Of a stretch of 64,000 nt of DNA, positions 1-9,264 are shown one piece after another. Source of the stretch: a virus; IMG/VR virus record IMGVR_UViG_3300011270_000006. One strand, 5' to 3'. The notes under the pieces are model-generated. The model had not been told where the DNA came from. It was given only the letters and a program-made list of their open reading frames with translations, and did not search any database. Position 1 is the stretch's first letter, and each line of letters begins with the position of its first letter. The translations under genes were made by a program, and so were the position numbers.

Positions 1-9
1 CACAAGAGG

Positions 10-405
10 ATGAGCAGCGAGATCACTCAAGGTGTCAGCGATTCCACGTTAGAGGAGGATGAGCTAATGCCACCAGATTTTGCCGAAATCAAAGCCATCA
101 TCGAGTTAGTCAATGGCCCGATTAGCAAAACGCTTGAGCACATGCAGTCCAACCAGGAGGAGCTACGGCGAATTGTTGACCTGCTCAGCAGCAGGCTCGT
201 GAAGATGGAGGAGCGTGTCGCCATCGTGGAGAAAGATAATAGTGAATTGTCGAAGCAGATTACGGAAGTTCAGGAAAACATCCTTGAAGATCAGCGGAAA
301 AGGTTCCGGCAAACGATTGCATTGCAGGGTTTTATCTTAGGCTCTATTCTGGTGGCGTTCCTCTCCTACATTATCCCTGTCATTGTACAGTCATTTCATC
401 ATTAG
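10..405 (+). CDS. lysis-cassette protein with coiled-coil N-terminus and one C-terminal TM helix (holin/spanin-like)
   Basis: Complete ORF with RBS AAGAGG at 4-9; C-terminal hydrophobic stretch GFILGSILVAFLSYIIPVIV; sits directly upstream of the amidase endolysin. Confidence 0.45.
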   Translation: MSSEITQGVSDSTLEEDELMPPDFAEIKAIIELVNGPISKTLEHMQSNQEELRRIVDLLSSRLVKMEERVAIVEKDNSELSKQITEVQENILEDQRKRFRQTIALQGFILGSILVAFLSYIIPVIVQSFHH

Positions 406-414
406 GAGAGCCTC

Positions 415-1134
415 ATGAACGTTTTCAAGACAAGATCAGGTTTTGCCTACTTGAGCGCGGTGGTGATCATCGTGTTTCTGATCACCTGCTCTCAAATTGC
501 CATTCAGTTGACGCTCTCACAGGAGACAGGAACGCGTAATCTTGCGACACTTATGTCATTGCAAGAGTTACGGTCACAGCGACTATTACGTAATTCGCTA
601 CTTCTGCTTGCGCCAAATAACACAACGGTGAATCCGCTACACATCGATCCAGCGAGCCAACTCAAGAGCGATCTCGCCTTCGAGGAGGCAACGAATCGCC
701 AACTGATAGGGGATGGCACACCAGTCGATATTGCTACCCAGATCAAGGTACTGCAACCAGACTTTGTACTCATGGAGAGCGCTGGACAGAAAGAATTGTC
801 CGACTACACGGCGAAGAATACGAAGGATATGGTTGCACAGATCGCGGTAATCTTCGTGCATGAGCAAAAATACTTGCAAGGTGTCTATGCGACCTACACC
901 GAACTGACACAGCAAGCTGACGCATCGGTACGGGTTGTACAGATCCTGGAGATCAGCATCTATGTGGTTTCCCTGCTGGTTGTTGGCTACGAGGTACTTG
1001 GCGTGGTGCTACCGGCTGAGCGAGAAAGCCGCCGGGAAAGCGAGGGATTACGATTACACATCAAAGCGCTAGAAGAAGCGTCGGCAAGAGCGCCGCAATC
1101 AAACGGTGGCTCAACGATACCAGCGCCGCAATAG
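415..1134 (+). CDS. membrane protein with N- and C-terminal TM segments, lysis-cassette associated
   Basis: ORF 239 aa; TM at YLSAVVIIVFLITCSQIAI and ISIYVVSLLVVGYEVLGVV; co-directional and adjacent to the endolysin. Confidence 0.45.
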   Translation: MNVFKTRSGFAYLSAVVIIVFLITCSQIAIQLTLSQETGTRNLATLMSLQELRSQRLLRNSLLLLAPNNTTVNPLHIDPASQLKSDLAFEEATNRQLIGDGTPVDIATQIKVLQPDFVLMESAGQKELSDYTAKNTKDMVAQIAVIFVHEQKYLQGVYATYTELTQQADASVRVVQILEISIYVVSLLVVGYEVLGVVLPAERESRRESEGLRLHIKALEEASARAPQSNGGSTIPAPQ

Positions 1135-1275
1135 TGTTCATCGGGCTGGCAATCATGATCATCCTCGTCCTGTTTATATTGCGGTGATCGATCTGGCAAA
1201 ACGCCATTCTTGTGTAATTTTGAGCGCTGGTACAATGAACGTAGTACGAGCAATGTGGAGGATCGGGGAAAACAG

Positions 1276-2115
1276 ATGCCAGATGAACCGAGCGTGATTT
1301 CCATACCTAATACCAATTTCTTCCCAGGTAGGGATGGACTGAAACCGAAATATATTATTCTACATGGTACTGCTGGTGGCGCAAGCGCGATTGCCATTGC
1401 TCAATACTTCGCATCAACGCAAGGCACTGCTAACCCGGTGTCGTCACATTACGTCATCGGACAAGACGGCATGGTGGCTCAGTGTGTGAACGAGGCAGAC
1501 GGCGCTTATGGTAACGGCGTACTCACACCAGGCCACGATGATTTCTGGAGCATGGCGATCAACCCTAACCTCATTACCATATCGATAGAGCATGTGAAGC
1601 CCTCCATCGATAATTCCAACCTGCTTACTGACGCTCAGAAATCGGCGTCATTCGCGTTAGTAAAACACATCTGCGAACGTCATGGTATCCCGAAACAGCG
1701 TGCTGATGCCAACGGTGGAATCACTGGACACTATAGTCTCGATCCTGTGTCCCGCGCAGCTTGTCCAGGCCCGTACCCCTGGCAGGACTTATTCAGCTTT
1801 TTGCAGAGCACAGTGGGAGTACCGAAGGGATGGCACGATGATGGTGCAACATTAACCGCTCCAAACGGTGTGCCTGTGGTTAAGGGCTTCAGATCTTATA
1901 TTCTCAGCAATCCATCATGGGATGTCAATAATTGGCCGCTACAGCCAGAAGAGGCGCGTAATCCATTAGAGTTAAGCAATCCTAGCCTCGGCACTGGCAC
2001 ACAGCAGATTTTCCGCTACAGTGCATTAGAGTGGACAGCAGCACGCGGCGTCTTTGTGGCATGGATCGGTCAGGAGCTTCTAGCGCTCAGAAAGCTATTG
2101 CAAAGCAAACCATAA
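1276..2115 (+). CDS. N-acetylmuramoyl-L-alanine amidase (Amidase_2/PGRP-type) endolysin
   Basis: Motifs KYIILHGTAGG...SSHYVIGQDG...ISIEHV typical of the amidase_2/PGRP zinc amidase fold; internal ATG at 1276 preferred over the ORF-track start at 1210. Confidence 0.8.
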   Translation: MPDEPSVISIPNTNFFPGRDGLKPKYIILHGTAGGASAIAIAQYFASTQGTANPVSSHYVIGQDGMVAQCVNEADGAYGNGVLTPGHDDFWSMAINPNLITISIEHVKPSIDNSNLLTDAQKSASFALVKHICERHGIPKQRADANGGITGHYSLDPVSRAACPGPYPWQDLFSFLQSTVGVPKGWHDDGATLTAPNGVPVVKGFRSYILSNPSWDVNNWPLQPEEARNPLELSNPSLGTGTQQIFRYSALEWTAARGVFVAWIGQELLALRKLLQSKP

Positions 2116-2137
2116 TTCAGAAAGGTCTTATTTATTT

Positions 2138-2638
2138 ATGCCTGACGCAATGAACGTTCTTATCGTTCTCGCAGTCTTAGTGCCTGTTCTCTCAGCGTTT
2201 TTCGCAAGGACGCTGGCGGGTTTCATCGCGCAAGATCATTGGCCTGACTACATTAATGAGGGGATCGCTGATGGCTTCATATTGATTGCAGTCGCCAGTG
2301 ATGTCTATGTCATGGCTCGTGCGAGTGCCGACTTCGCACTGTTTACCATCGTGCCATCTGGACTGCTCACGGCCTATCTTGCACAGAGTTTAGGCACGCT
2401 GAAACGGTGGTCGCTGTTTCTACAAAGCAACTTTCTCGTCATACATGGGGATCATGTGGAGCTAGACAACCCCACTACTGGTGAACCGTTGTTTGTTATG
2501 CCGACACAGCAGCCGATTATCTTGCCGGGTGACACGACGCAGGTGGCGACATCGGGGAGCACGCAGAACGTCGTAGTGCCACCACCGATTACGCTACCAC
2601 TACGACGGACAGATACGCCGACAGATGGAGGAAAGTAA
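2138..2638 (+). CDS. holin-like membrane protein (about 3 TM) with hydrophilic Pro/Thr-rich tail
   Basis: Three hydrophobic segments in the first 100 aa; last gene of the lysis cassette before a bidirectional terminator. Confidence 0.4.
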   Translation: MPDAMNVLIVLAVLVPVLSAFFARTLAGFIAQDHWPDYINEGIADGFILIAVASDVYVMARASADFALFTIVPSGLLTAYLAQSLGTLKRWSLFLQSNFLVIHGDHVELDNPTTGEPLFVMPTQQPIILPGDTTQVATSGSTQNVVVPPPITLPLRRTDTPTDGGK

Positions 2639-2648
2639 ACAACATACA

Positions 2649-2681
2649 AAGAAGCTCTGAGCGGTCAACTCAGAGCTTCTT
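2649..2681. terminator. bidirectional intrinsic terminator hairpin
   Basis: AAGAAGCTCTGAG-cggtcaa-CTCAGAGCTTCTT, a perfect 13-bp stem; T-rich on the + side, and TTTGTATGTTGTTT follows on the minus strand; lies between convergent gene blocks. Confidence 0.6.
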
Positions 2682-2687
2682 TACTGC

Positions 2688-2978
2688 TTACCATCTTCCG
2701 TCAATGTAGGGATCGGCAGGCGGTTGGTATGGACGCTTCGTCCACAGGATCTTTGGTGTGTGTGCCTCCATCCATCCCAATTCCAATGCGTACACTTGCT
2801 GGTAGAGCGCTTCATATGGTTCTGGCAACTCTGGAGCGGACATGCCCCAGAGCATATGATTTTGCTTTTTATTCAAAAATGCTTCAAATTTTGTCATATC
2901 TTCATCGAATGCATCCAAAATAACTTGGTCGCAATCATACGAGCCGTCTTCATTCTGATACTGTTCAGGTGTTTTCAT
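2688..2978 (-). CDS. hypothetical protein
   Basis: ORF 96 aa, first minus-strand gene after the convergent terminator. Confidence 0.4.
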   Translation of the reverse strand: MKTPEQYQNEDGSYDCDQVILDAFDEDMTKFEAFLNKKQNHMLWGMSAPELPEPYEALYQQVYALELGWMEAHTPKILWTKRPYQPPADPYIDGRW

Positions 2979-3031
2979 CTCTCCTCCTTTTGTTCTTATG
3001 TTATCAGATCAGACTGCAAAATAGTTGCAGT

Positions 3032-3646
3032 CTACTCCTCCTGCAACCGTGCGATTCCACGAATGATGAGCAACTCTGCCCAGATGAGCACTAGTTCATC
3101 GTTGCTAATCCCGCCGCGACCTGTGCTAAATCCATGACAAGCACAGGCAGCATAATGGCCTGTCGTCACTTCGTATTTCCATAGACCTTCCGTTACCGTT
3201 GTCTCTCCAACAGGACCGACAGGCGGTGGCGGACCTGGCTGGCGGCGATATCCTCTCACATTTTGCAGCCCTTTCCCTGCAAAAACCAGAGGAAGGACTT
3301 TCTGATAATTGTCAACTTCAAAAACTTGAGCGAGCAGGGTTCTTTCATAATACCCAAAGTTCAGGGTGGCAAGATCTATTTTTTCTTCCCAATCTGGTTT
3401 GATTTCGTCCAATAAGGTTGCACCACGCAAGACATTTTCTTTCCAGCGTTTCTCGTGATTAGCTTTTTGCGCAATGCCATCAACCGTACGATTGATATCG
3501 ATGCGATCATAGTTATACCCATGATCGGCGAAGTAACCGATCACCAGTTCGCTTGAGTAGTTGGCTTCTAACTTATCAATATTAAGATCTCTGATTGCTT
3601 CCTCGCATAAATCGTAAAGCTTTTGATACCAGGGGGTGACGATCAT
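3032..3646 (-). CDS. hypothetical protein
   Basis: ORF 204 aa, no recognisable motif. Confidence 0.5.
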   Translation of the reverse strand: MIVTPWYQKLYDLCEEAIRDLNIDKLEANYSSELVIGYFADHGYNYDRIDINRTVDGIAQKANHEKRWKENVLRGATLLDEIKPDWEEKIDLATLNFGYYERTLLAQVFEVDNYQKVLPLVFAGKGLQNVRGYRRQPGPPPPVGPVGETTVTEGLWKYEVTTGHYAACACHGFSTGRGGISNDELVLIWAELLIIRGIARLQEE

Positions 3647-3664
3647 CTCTTACTCACTTTCTTG

Positions 3665-3889
3665 TTATATCTCAACATCTTTTAATGGCAAGAGCAGTCG
3701 ATTAATGCCAGCAAGCGCGGCTCTCTTCGCCAACTCCACACAATTCTGGTCTGTAGGCTTCTTGCCGTTCTGTTCTAGCACCAGCCGCAACAACGCCACA
3801 TCTTCCGCCTTGAGATACAGGCTAATAGTGCGACCTGTATCTCCTTTGGCCGCGTACCGGTTGCCTTCTGGCGCTCCTTTCCCTGCCAT
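3665..3889 (-). CDS. small putative DNA-binding protein (ribbon-helix-helix-like)
   Basis: 74 aa; N-terminal basic beta-strand-like RTISLYLKAEDVALLRLV followed by helices; 1-nt overlap with the upstream gene. Confidence 0.35.
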   Translation of the reverse strand: MAGKGAPEGNRYAAKGDTGRTISLYLKAEDVALLRLVLEQNGKKPTDQNCVELAKRAALAGINRLLLPLKDVEI

Positions 3890-4482
3890 TATTGCTCCTC
3901 ATGGATCAGGCGCAATTGACAGTGGTAGCCAGCCGCATCGAACACGTCATTTGCATCCTCTAAGTCGGTGGCGTCCGATGAAGAGAGGTAGTGATTTCCG
4001 ACAACTATATAGCGATTGCCGCGCCATGAGACGATTTTACCAACCTCATAAGAGGCGTCAATGGTGACATTTTCTTCTGGAGAAAGTTGCTCAGCTTTAC
4101 TCAATTTGGATTCGACAACGACATGCGTGTGATCATATTCGTCAATAATTTGATATACCCAGGAGCCTGCTACAAGACTTGCATTCTCAACTACAACGAA
4201 GCGATATTCTCCCCACAAAACACGCTCCCATTGCGCGAATTTTTGCACGGCAGGCTCTTCGCGCTTGATGGCAGGCCACGCATTGGCACCGCGTCGTTTG
4301 CATTCCATCCGAAATGCAAAAATCTCATCAAAGATGGAGATGCCAGGAAATGCCACTGGCAAACTCTGGCGAAGCGTCTCTTCTTCACCTTCGCCATACG
4401 CAACTGCCTGCTTTTCGCCGTCGCGTAAAATAACACCAACATAAATGCCACTACCTTTGTACTGAAATGCACCGATTGTCAT
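3889..4482 (-). CDS. hypothetical protein
   Basis: ORF; start moved to the ATG at 4482 (MTIGAF...) which has RBS GGAG; sigma70-like promoter lies upstream. Confidence 0.5.
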   Translation of the reverse strand: MTIGAFQYKGSGIYVGVILRDGEKQAVAYGEGEEETLRQSLPVAFPGISIFDEIFAFRMECKRRGANAWPAIKREEPAVQKFAQWERVLWGEYRFVVVENASLVAGSWVYQIIDEYDHTHVVVESKLSKAEQLSPEENVTIDASYEVGKIVSWRGNRYIVVGNHYLSSSDATDLEDANDVFDAAGYHCQLRLIHEEQ

Positions 4483-4529
4483 AATCTTAATCTCCTTCAT
4501 ATTTGGATGTACTCACATCACCTGTTAGT

Positions 4530-4559
4530 ATTCTAACGGATATCTGTTAGAATGTCAAG
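4530..4559 (-). promoter_or_regulatory. sigma70-like promoter (TTGACA-18-TAGAAT) overlapping CTGTTAG/CTAACGG repeats
   Basis: On the minus strand: TTGACAttctaacagatatccgtTAGAATactaacagg; repeated TTCTAACAG and near-palindrome CCTGTTAGtattCTAACGG suggest an operator. Confidence 0.45.
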
Positions 4560-4781
4560 CGGTTTTGGTAAAAAATACAACGAATTATAGGATACCGCTG
4601 AAAATTGGCAAAACAAAGAGCGCAGAGATTGCTCACCACATGTGCATATGCCTGTTCGCGATGTTGGTATACTGAAAATTGGCAAGATTTCCAGGTCAGT
4701 TGGGTTCCTGTGTCTGATTTCAGCAAGAGAGGCGAGTTAAATGCTAACTCGCCTCTCTTGTACTGGCTACTTACTACTTCA

Positions 4782-5147
4782 CTAAAATGGAATTGCCTCT
4801 AAATCTCCTAATCCATCGTCTAACACAGGATCTTGCAGCACAGTAACAGGTCCATCCTCCCAATCGTCTAACTCCCCCATAAGATGCGACATTTTTAGGC
4901 TGCGCCCAACCTTCGCGCGGCGTCGGCCTAGCTCCCGTTGATGGTCCGGTAGAGGACGCTCAAAACGGTAGAAAACTTCGTACGTCTCGCCATCCTTCAC
5001 CTGTGACGCCCATCGTCCCTGGTAGTCTATCGGTTTGACTGCCAAGATCTCCACTTTTGAATAGCCAGAACGCCACACGAGAAGATCCACTATCTGCTGT
5101 CGTGTCTCCTCGCTAACCATATTGGTCATAAGTTCCTCGCTTTCCAT
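4782..5147 (-). CDS. hypothetical protein
   Basis: ORF 121 aa. Confidence 0.4.
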   Translation of the reverse strand: MESEELMTNMVSEETRQQIVDLLVWRSGYSKVEILAVKPIDYQGRWASQVKDGETYEVFYRFERPLPDHQRELGRRRAKVGRSLKMSHLMGELDDWEDGPVTVLQDPVLDDGLGDLEAIPF

Positions 5148-5222
5148 ATATACAGGGATGTATCATAGAATACCATATTTCCTGTATAACATACTAGTGC
5201 AACTTCCTAATGAGATCGCTCA

Positions 5223-5507
5223 TTATGGCTTACTACCATGTTCAATGTAATGAGATCGTTCCAACCCTAACCCCTCATATCCCTCCCATATCGTATTTCC
5301 TGCTAATAAGCGTACCTGGAGTCTTTCAGACTCCTCTCGTACATAACCAAACAAGGTGCTATAGCCTTTGACGCCATGAATACAATGCACCATAACCTGA
5401 TGCTCAACGCCATTGGTCTGTACCGGCTGGTTTTCATCACACCTTAAACTGCCCTGATTACATCTGTGCATCGCGACACCTCCTGAAAGTTTACTATTCC
5501 AAATCAA
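5223..5507 (-). CDS. hypothetical protein
   Basis: ORF 94 aa directly downstream of the integrase (4-nt overlap). Confidence 0.35.
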   Translation of the reverse strand: MIWNSKLSGGVAMHRCNQGSLRCDENQPVQTNGVEHQVMVHCIHGVKGYSTLFGYVREESERLQVRLLAGNTIWEGYEGLGLERSHYIEHGSKP

Positions 5508-6418
5508 TCTAGATATACAAAGTCTACCGCGTTATTGTCAAGGTTCAATTTACGCTTCTGGTATCGCTCAGTGGTACGCGGATCATCATGTCCTGCTGCG
5601 TACTGAACCTGCATCAACGTAGCACCGCCCTCTAATGCTAATGTAATGAACGTGGCACGCAGTCCGTGAGGAGTAAGCGTGTACACGCCGTTCTTCTCAC
5701 CATACACCTTCACCGTCCTCTCAATGAGCTTATCGCTCACTCTGATTGTGGTCGGACGGTCCCATCGATCAAAGCCCACGAAGAGCGGATCGCCAGGTGG
5801 TGCAGTGGACCTCTGCGTATCTTCAATGTACTCCTGGATGGAGCGGAAGACATCGACAGGCACCTTTGCCTTACGTCGCTTATCTCCCTTGCCGTGCCGA
5901 ATGATAGCAACATGGTGTCCTTGATCCATCATCAAATCACCGATGTTGAGCGCGGCACACTCTGATCGACGTATGCCCGTTCTCAGTAAGAATGAGATCA
6001 GTGCATAATCACGTTTGCCTCGATGCCTTGACTGATCGATGGATGCTAGCAAGTCTTTTGCCTGCTGTTTCGTGAGCGCGGTGTGTGGCGTCTCATTGTT
6101 CGCTTTAGGTATTCCTCTCATGCCTTCAAATGGGTTGGAGGTCCGTATACCGGCGTTAACCTGCTCTCTAAAGATATTTTTAGCGACTGAGATCATGCGC
6201 TTTACTGTCGCACCTGCATGTTTTTCATTAAGCCATGACAGGTACATTATGGCATTGGAGCGCGTGAATTTTCCAGGCACAAGAGCTTGATCTAGCATCC
6301 ATTCCGCCAGTACACGCGCATCGTGCTCATATACTGGCTTTGAGCGAGGCATGAGTTGACCTGTAGCGTCGGCAATGGATGCTGACAGATCGCAAGAGAT
6401 AAGGTCTGTCATTGTCAC
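5504..6418 (-). CDS. int: tyrosine site-specific recombinase (phage integrase/XerCD family)
   Basis: C-terminal catalytic signature ...HGLRATFITLALEGGATLMQVQYAAGHDDPRTTERY (the R..H..R..Y tetrad) plus an N-terminal SAM-like domain. Confidence 0.85.
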   Translation of the reverse strand: MTMTDLISCDLSASIADATGQLMPRSKPVYEHDARVLAEWMLDQALVPGKFTRSNAIMYLSWLNEKHAGATVKRMISVAKNIFREQVNAGIRTSNPFEGMRGIPKANNETPHTALTKQQAKDLLASIDQSRHRGKRDYALISFLLRTGIRRSECAALNIGDLMMDQGHHVAIIRHGKGDKRRKAKVPVDVFRSIQEYIEDTQRSTAPPGDPLFVGFDRWDRPTTIRVSDKLIERTVKVYGEKNGVYTLTPHGLRATFITLALEGGATLMQVQYAAGHDDPRTTERYQKRKLNLDNNAVDFVYLD

Positions 6419-6834
6419 CTTGTACCCACCTCTCGTTGCTGAACAAAGCGTTCATAGTTCTTTGGGAAGAGCATATTTGCCTTCCTGATAGCCTCATCAT
6501 CATTGTCAGCTATAAAACTGTATACCCCTTGATACTCTTTTCCTGTTCCATTTATATCATTCACCCGCAATTCGCCAGGAATATGAACGGTATACCGCCT
6601 CCCTTTGCTACCTGATTTGCGGCGTCCGCGAGAACGCCAGATGATAGATTCTGTTTCTGGATCAAAAGCAAATTTGCCCTGAAGCCGCCAGTAATAGAAA
6701 ATGCTATCATAGCTTTTCTGACTGACACTGGCTTTTTGCTCTCCCATCTCAGGAAGGAGATCTTGAAATGCCTGAAACTTACCCATACTGCCAACCTCCT
6801 TGTATCGTGACGTTAAATGCAAATTTAAAGACAT
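6415..6834 (-). CDS. hypothetical protein translationally coupled to the integrase
   Basis: 139 aa ORF whose stop overlaps the int start (ATGA); basic, could be a recombination directionality factor or other accessory protein. Confidence 0.45.
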   Translation of the reverse strand: MSLNLHLTSRYKEVGSMGKFQAFQDLLPEMGEQKASVSQKSYDSIFYYWRLQGKFAFDPETESIIWRSRGRRKSGSKGRRYTVHIPGELRVNDINGTGKEYQGVYSFIADNDDEAIRKANMLFPKNYERFVQQREVGTR

Positions 6835-6908
6835 CAGATTGACTCTATTCTACCATACCTCACCAATGCAAGTCAACACATTTTCATATAGAAATACACA
6901 CAAACAAA

Positions 6909-6950
6909 AAAGAGAAGTACGATAACTTACTGTCGTACTTCTCTTTATTT
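6909..6950. terminator. bidirectional intrinsic terminator
   Basis: AGAGAAGTACGA-taacttactg-TCGTACTTCTCT, a 12-bp perfect stem, flanked by AAAAAA upstream and TTTATTT downstream. Confidence 0.65.
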
Positions 6951-7028
6951 AACGTGCTTACCGCTAGCTACTGGTTTTTGTTGCTAATCAGTAGCAGTAT
7001 ACAGGCATAACGGGCATCTATCCCCATG

Positions 7029-7529
7029 TTAAAAGTTGTAGATGCCTGCATGCTCGCAGTGTTCCAATGCCCACTTCACCCACCAATCTAGCCAGATCAG
7101 GCGTGCCAAGTTAGCGTCCTCTGGCATAGCCCCATCGTCGAAGTGTGGAGTCGCGTGTGGATAGCGCTCTTTGAATGAAGAGAGGGCGCGGGCAATCTCT
7201 TCAGCATGCCATGATTTGAGTTCTGCGTGTCCAGGGTGTTCACGCATAAGTCCATGTTTTTTATTGAAAAACAGGCTATGCAAACCCGCCATTGCAAGAA
7301 AGCTACTCCACTGCCCATAGCCAGGATGACGGTCGTTGCCATTGCTGGTCATCCCATCACCAGGGAAGGTCGGAGCGTCGGGTTGCCGTATGCTTCGTAC
7401 CACCGGTTTATAGTAACGAACCTTCCCATCGATCACGCGTGAATAGGGTGTAACATACTCCTCTTCATCGTCATCATAAACATCGATGAGTTCCATCTCA
7501 GTGTTGCCAATATAGATGTCATACCCCAT
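7029..7529 (-). CDS. hypothetical protein
   Basis: ORF 166 aa. Confidence 0.5.
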   Translation of the reverse strand: MGYDIYIGNTEMELIDVYDDDEEEYVTPYSRVIDGKVRYYKPVVRSIRQPDAPTFPGDGMTSNGNDRHPGYGQWSSFLAMAGLHSLFFNKKHGLMREHPGHAELKSWHAEEIARALSSFKERYPHATPHFDDGAMPEDANLARLIWLDWWVKWALEHCEHAGIYNF

Positions 7530-7824
7530 TACTTTTGCCTTTCACGTTGAGAGTGCTGACATCTTTCCAGGGTTCACATATCCGACACACCGGATAGCGT
7601 GCAGGATCATACTCAATAGAAGGGCGACTTGTTACCATGATAGAGGCGATATGCTCTCTTCTGGTAAACTGTTCGCCAGCACCAATCTTACGGCTACAAC
7701 GGTTGCAACCAAGAGGCTCGTTTGCTTCATGCAACGTTCTATACTGTCCATCATTCCCCTCTACCCTTACCTTTAGTATCTTATACTGCGGCTGGACCTT
7801 TTGAACCTTTTCTTTCTTTGCCAC
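7519..7824 (-). CDS. small zinc-ribbon protein
   Basis: 101 aa with CNRCSRK...CRIC cysteine pairs. Confidence 0.45.
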   Translation of the reverse strand: MAKKEKVQKVQPQYKILKVRVEGNDGQYRTLHEANEPLGCNRCSRKIGAGEQFTRREHIASIMVTSRPSIEYDPARYPVCRICEPWKDVSTLNVKGKSNGV

Positions 7825-7955
7825 TTACTTTCTCCTCCATATTGCCCATAATCTACACTCAGGACACATTACCTGCTTGTGTGTCTTCGCCATCCTCGCA
7901 GCCCACGCATGCCATGCTAAATAGCCAGTAGGCTGCTTTGTATGCCTACATTGCT

Positions 7956-8225
7956 TCATACCGATAGCCAGCAATCCCCTTGTGGATTAACGCCGTACAG
8001 TGCATTCAATTCGTCTAAGCGCTCCACCGGCAAGTCTGTTTCCCATACATCTCCTTGCCAATCGAGACGCCATATGTGAAGCCAGGAACGCCCTACACCG
8101 CTGTAGCGTTCCTGTACGATGATCGTTCCGCCACTCTCACTGATGGCGCTGGCTTTGTTGCCAGTACTGTGAGCTATCGCCCTAGCCATGTTCATACTAC
8201 TCTCCTTCTGGCAACGAGAAATCAA
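7956..8225 (-). CDS. hypothetical protein
   Basis: ORF 89 aa. Confidence 0.35.
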   Translation of the reverse strand: MISRCQKESSMNMARAIAHSTGNKASAISESGGTIIVQERYSGVGRSWLHIWRLDWQGDVWETDLPVERLDELNALYGVNPQGDCWLSV

Positions 8226-8619
8226 GTTGCCCTTTGTCGCGCATATCGGCGATCATCTCAGGAGAGAGCACTTCAACCGTACCGTCCACTGACTGAATAA
8301 CCACGCCTATAGCACGGATCTGGATACAGTGTGCTTTCCCAGTAATCAGGCGTTTGCGCACTGTCGTCTCTAGGTGTCCGCGCAGGTCGCCCTCAGTCAT
8401 GATGAAGTCTCGTTGCATAGTTGCCGTGTGATGCGGTATTGACGCTGCTACAGCTAGACCAATCCGTCGATCAATCTCTTTGTTGCGCTCGTCCAGATCG
8501 CCCCATGATAGAAGATGATCATCGGGGACATCTTTACCACCTTGCTCAATCTCCTCTAATTTGCAGGCGATCCACGCATCACGAACTGCCTTGCCTAGTA
8601 TCTCACCTACTGATTCCAT
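8197..8619 (-). CDS. hypothetical protein
   Basis: ORF; start moved to the ATG at 8619 (MESVGEILG) with RBS GGAGAAGG; this removes the overlap with the upstream gene. Confidence 0.45.
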   Translation of the reverse strand: MESVGEILGKAVRDAWIACKLEEIEQGGKDVPDDHLLSWGDLDERNKEIDRRIGLAVAASIPHHTATMQRDFIMTEGDLRGHLETTVRKRLITGKAHCIQIRAIGVVIQSVDGTVEVLSPEMIADMRDKGQLDFSLPEGE

Positions 8620-8620
8620 A

Positions 8621-9025
8621 TCATTCCTTCTCCTGCTCAATGTCTGGCAATCGTTCCCGTAGCATCTCGACAATTACCCGTCGATGACACTGCTCATATT
8701 CTTTGCAGGCACAGAGCAACACCATCGAGTAGCCTTGCAGCAATCCGTTGACCAGGCGTGCTAGACCTGGCTCAGCGTTGGCAAGCTGGATCACGCCGCC
8801 ATTCTTATAGTTGATGTTACCCAGTGATCGACCGAGCCAAAGATAGCGTTTACCGTACCTCGCTTGCAATGCCGATTGTTGCCACTCAGGACGGCGCGAG
8901 CGCGGACTATAGCGCGTATCGATGAGATACACATACTCATCTTGCAAGAGCGCATCCAGGCGCGTAGAGGCACCTGGAGCGCTATAGCCAAATGGGATTA
9001 ATCTACCGAGCATGAGACGACTCAT
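8621..9025 (-). CDS. DUF488-family protein
   Basis: LIPFGYSA...YLIDTRYSPRSRRPEW...RYLWLGRSLGN resembles the DUF488 (YeaO-like) family; start uncertain, range 9013-9130. Confidence 0.5.
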   Translation of the reverse strand: MSRLMLGRLIPFGYSAPGASTRLDALLQDEYVYLIDTRYSPRSRRPEWQQSALQARYGKRYLWLGRSLGNINYKNGGVIQLANAEPGLARLVNGLLQGYSMVLLCACKEYEQCHRRVIVEMLRERLPDIEQEKE

Positions 9026-9212
9026 TTCTATGGAGCATCGCAACCAACTGCTGTTCGCTCCTCTCATCCGTAACGATTGATGCGCAATCGCCACATGCCG
9101 GTATGTTGCCGATAGTGGCAGAGTCGCCAAAGAAGTCTCGCCCGATAGGTTGCCACATGCTCACGTCATCCAAAAACATTGGGCAAAATGGACACATTTC
9201 CTTGCCTTCCAT
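9003..9212 (-). CDS. small zinc-ribbon protein
   Basis: Start at 9212 has a strong RBS AGGAGGA; CPFCP...CGDC motif. Confidence 0.4.
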   Translation of the reverse strand: MEGKEMCPFCPMFLDDVSMWQPIGRDFFGDSATIGNIPACGDCASIVTDERSEQQLVAMLHRNESSHAR

Positions 9213-9264
9213 GTATCCTCCTGGCTGGCTTTGTGTGAGGTAGCCAGCCAACCTCGCTGAATAA

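Noticed and set aside
27-1397. Antisense ORFs 27-224, 504-773, 637-915 and 987-1397 on the minus strand
   Set aside because: They are fully embedded opposite the coherent plus-strand lysis genes and are typical shadow ORFs.
4724-4760. 15-bp perfect hairpin CAAGAGAGGCGAGTT-aaatgct-AACTCGCCTCTCTTG as an intrinsic terminator
   Set aside because: It lacks a convincing U-run on either strand. It may be an RNA stability element or protein-binding dyad between minus-strand genes, so I did not call it a terminator.
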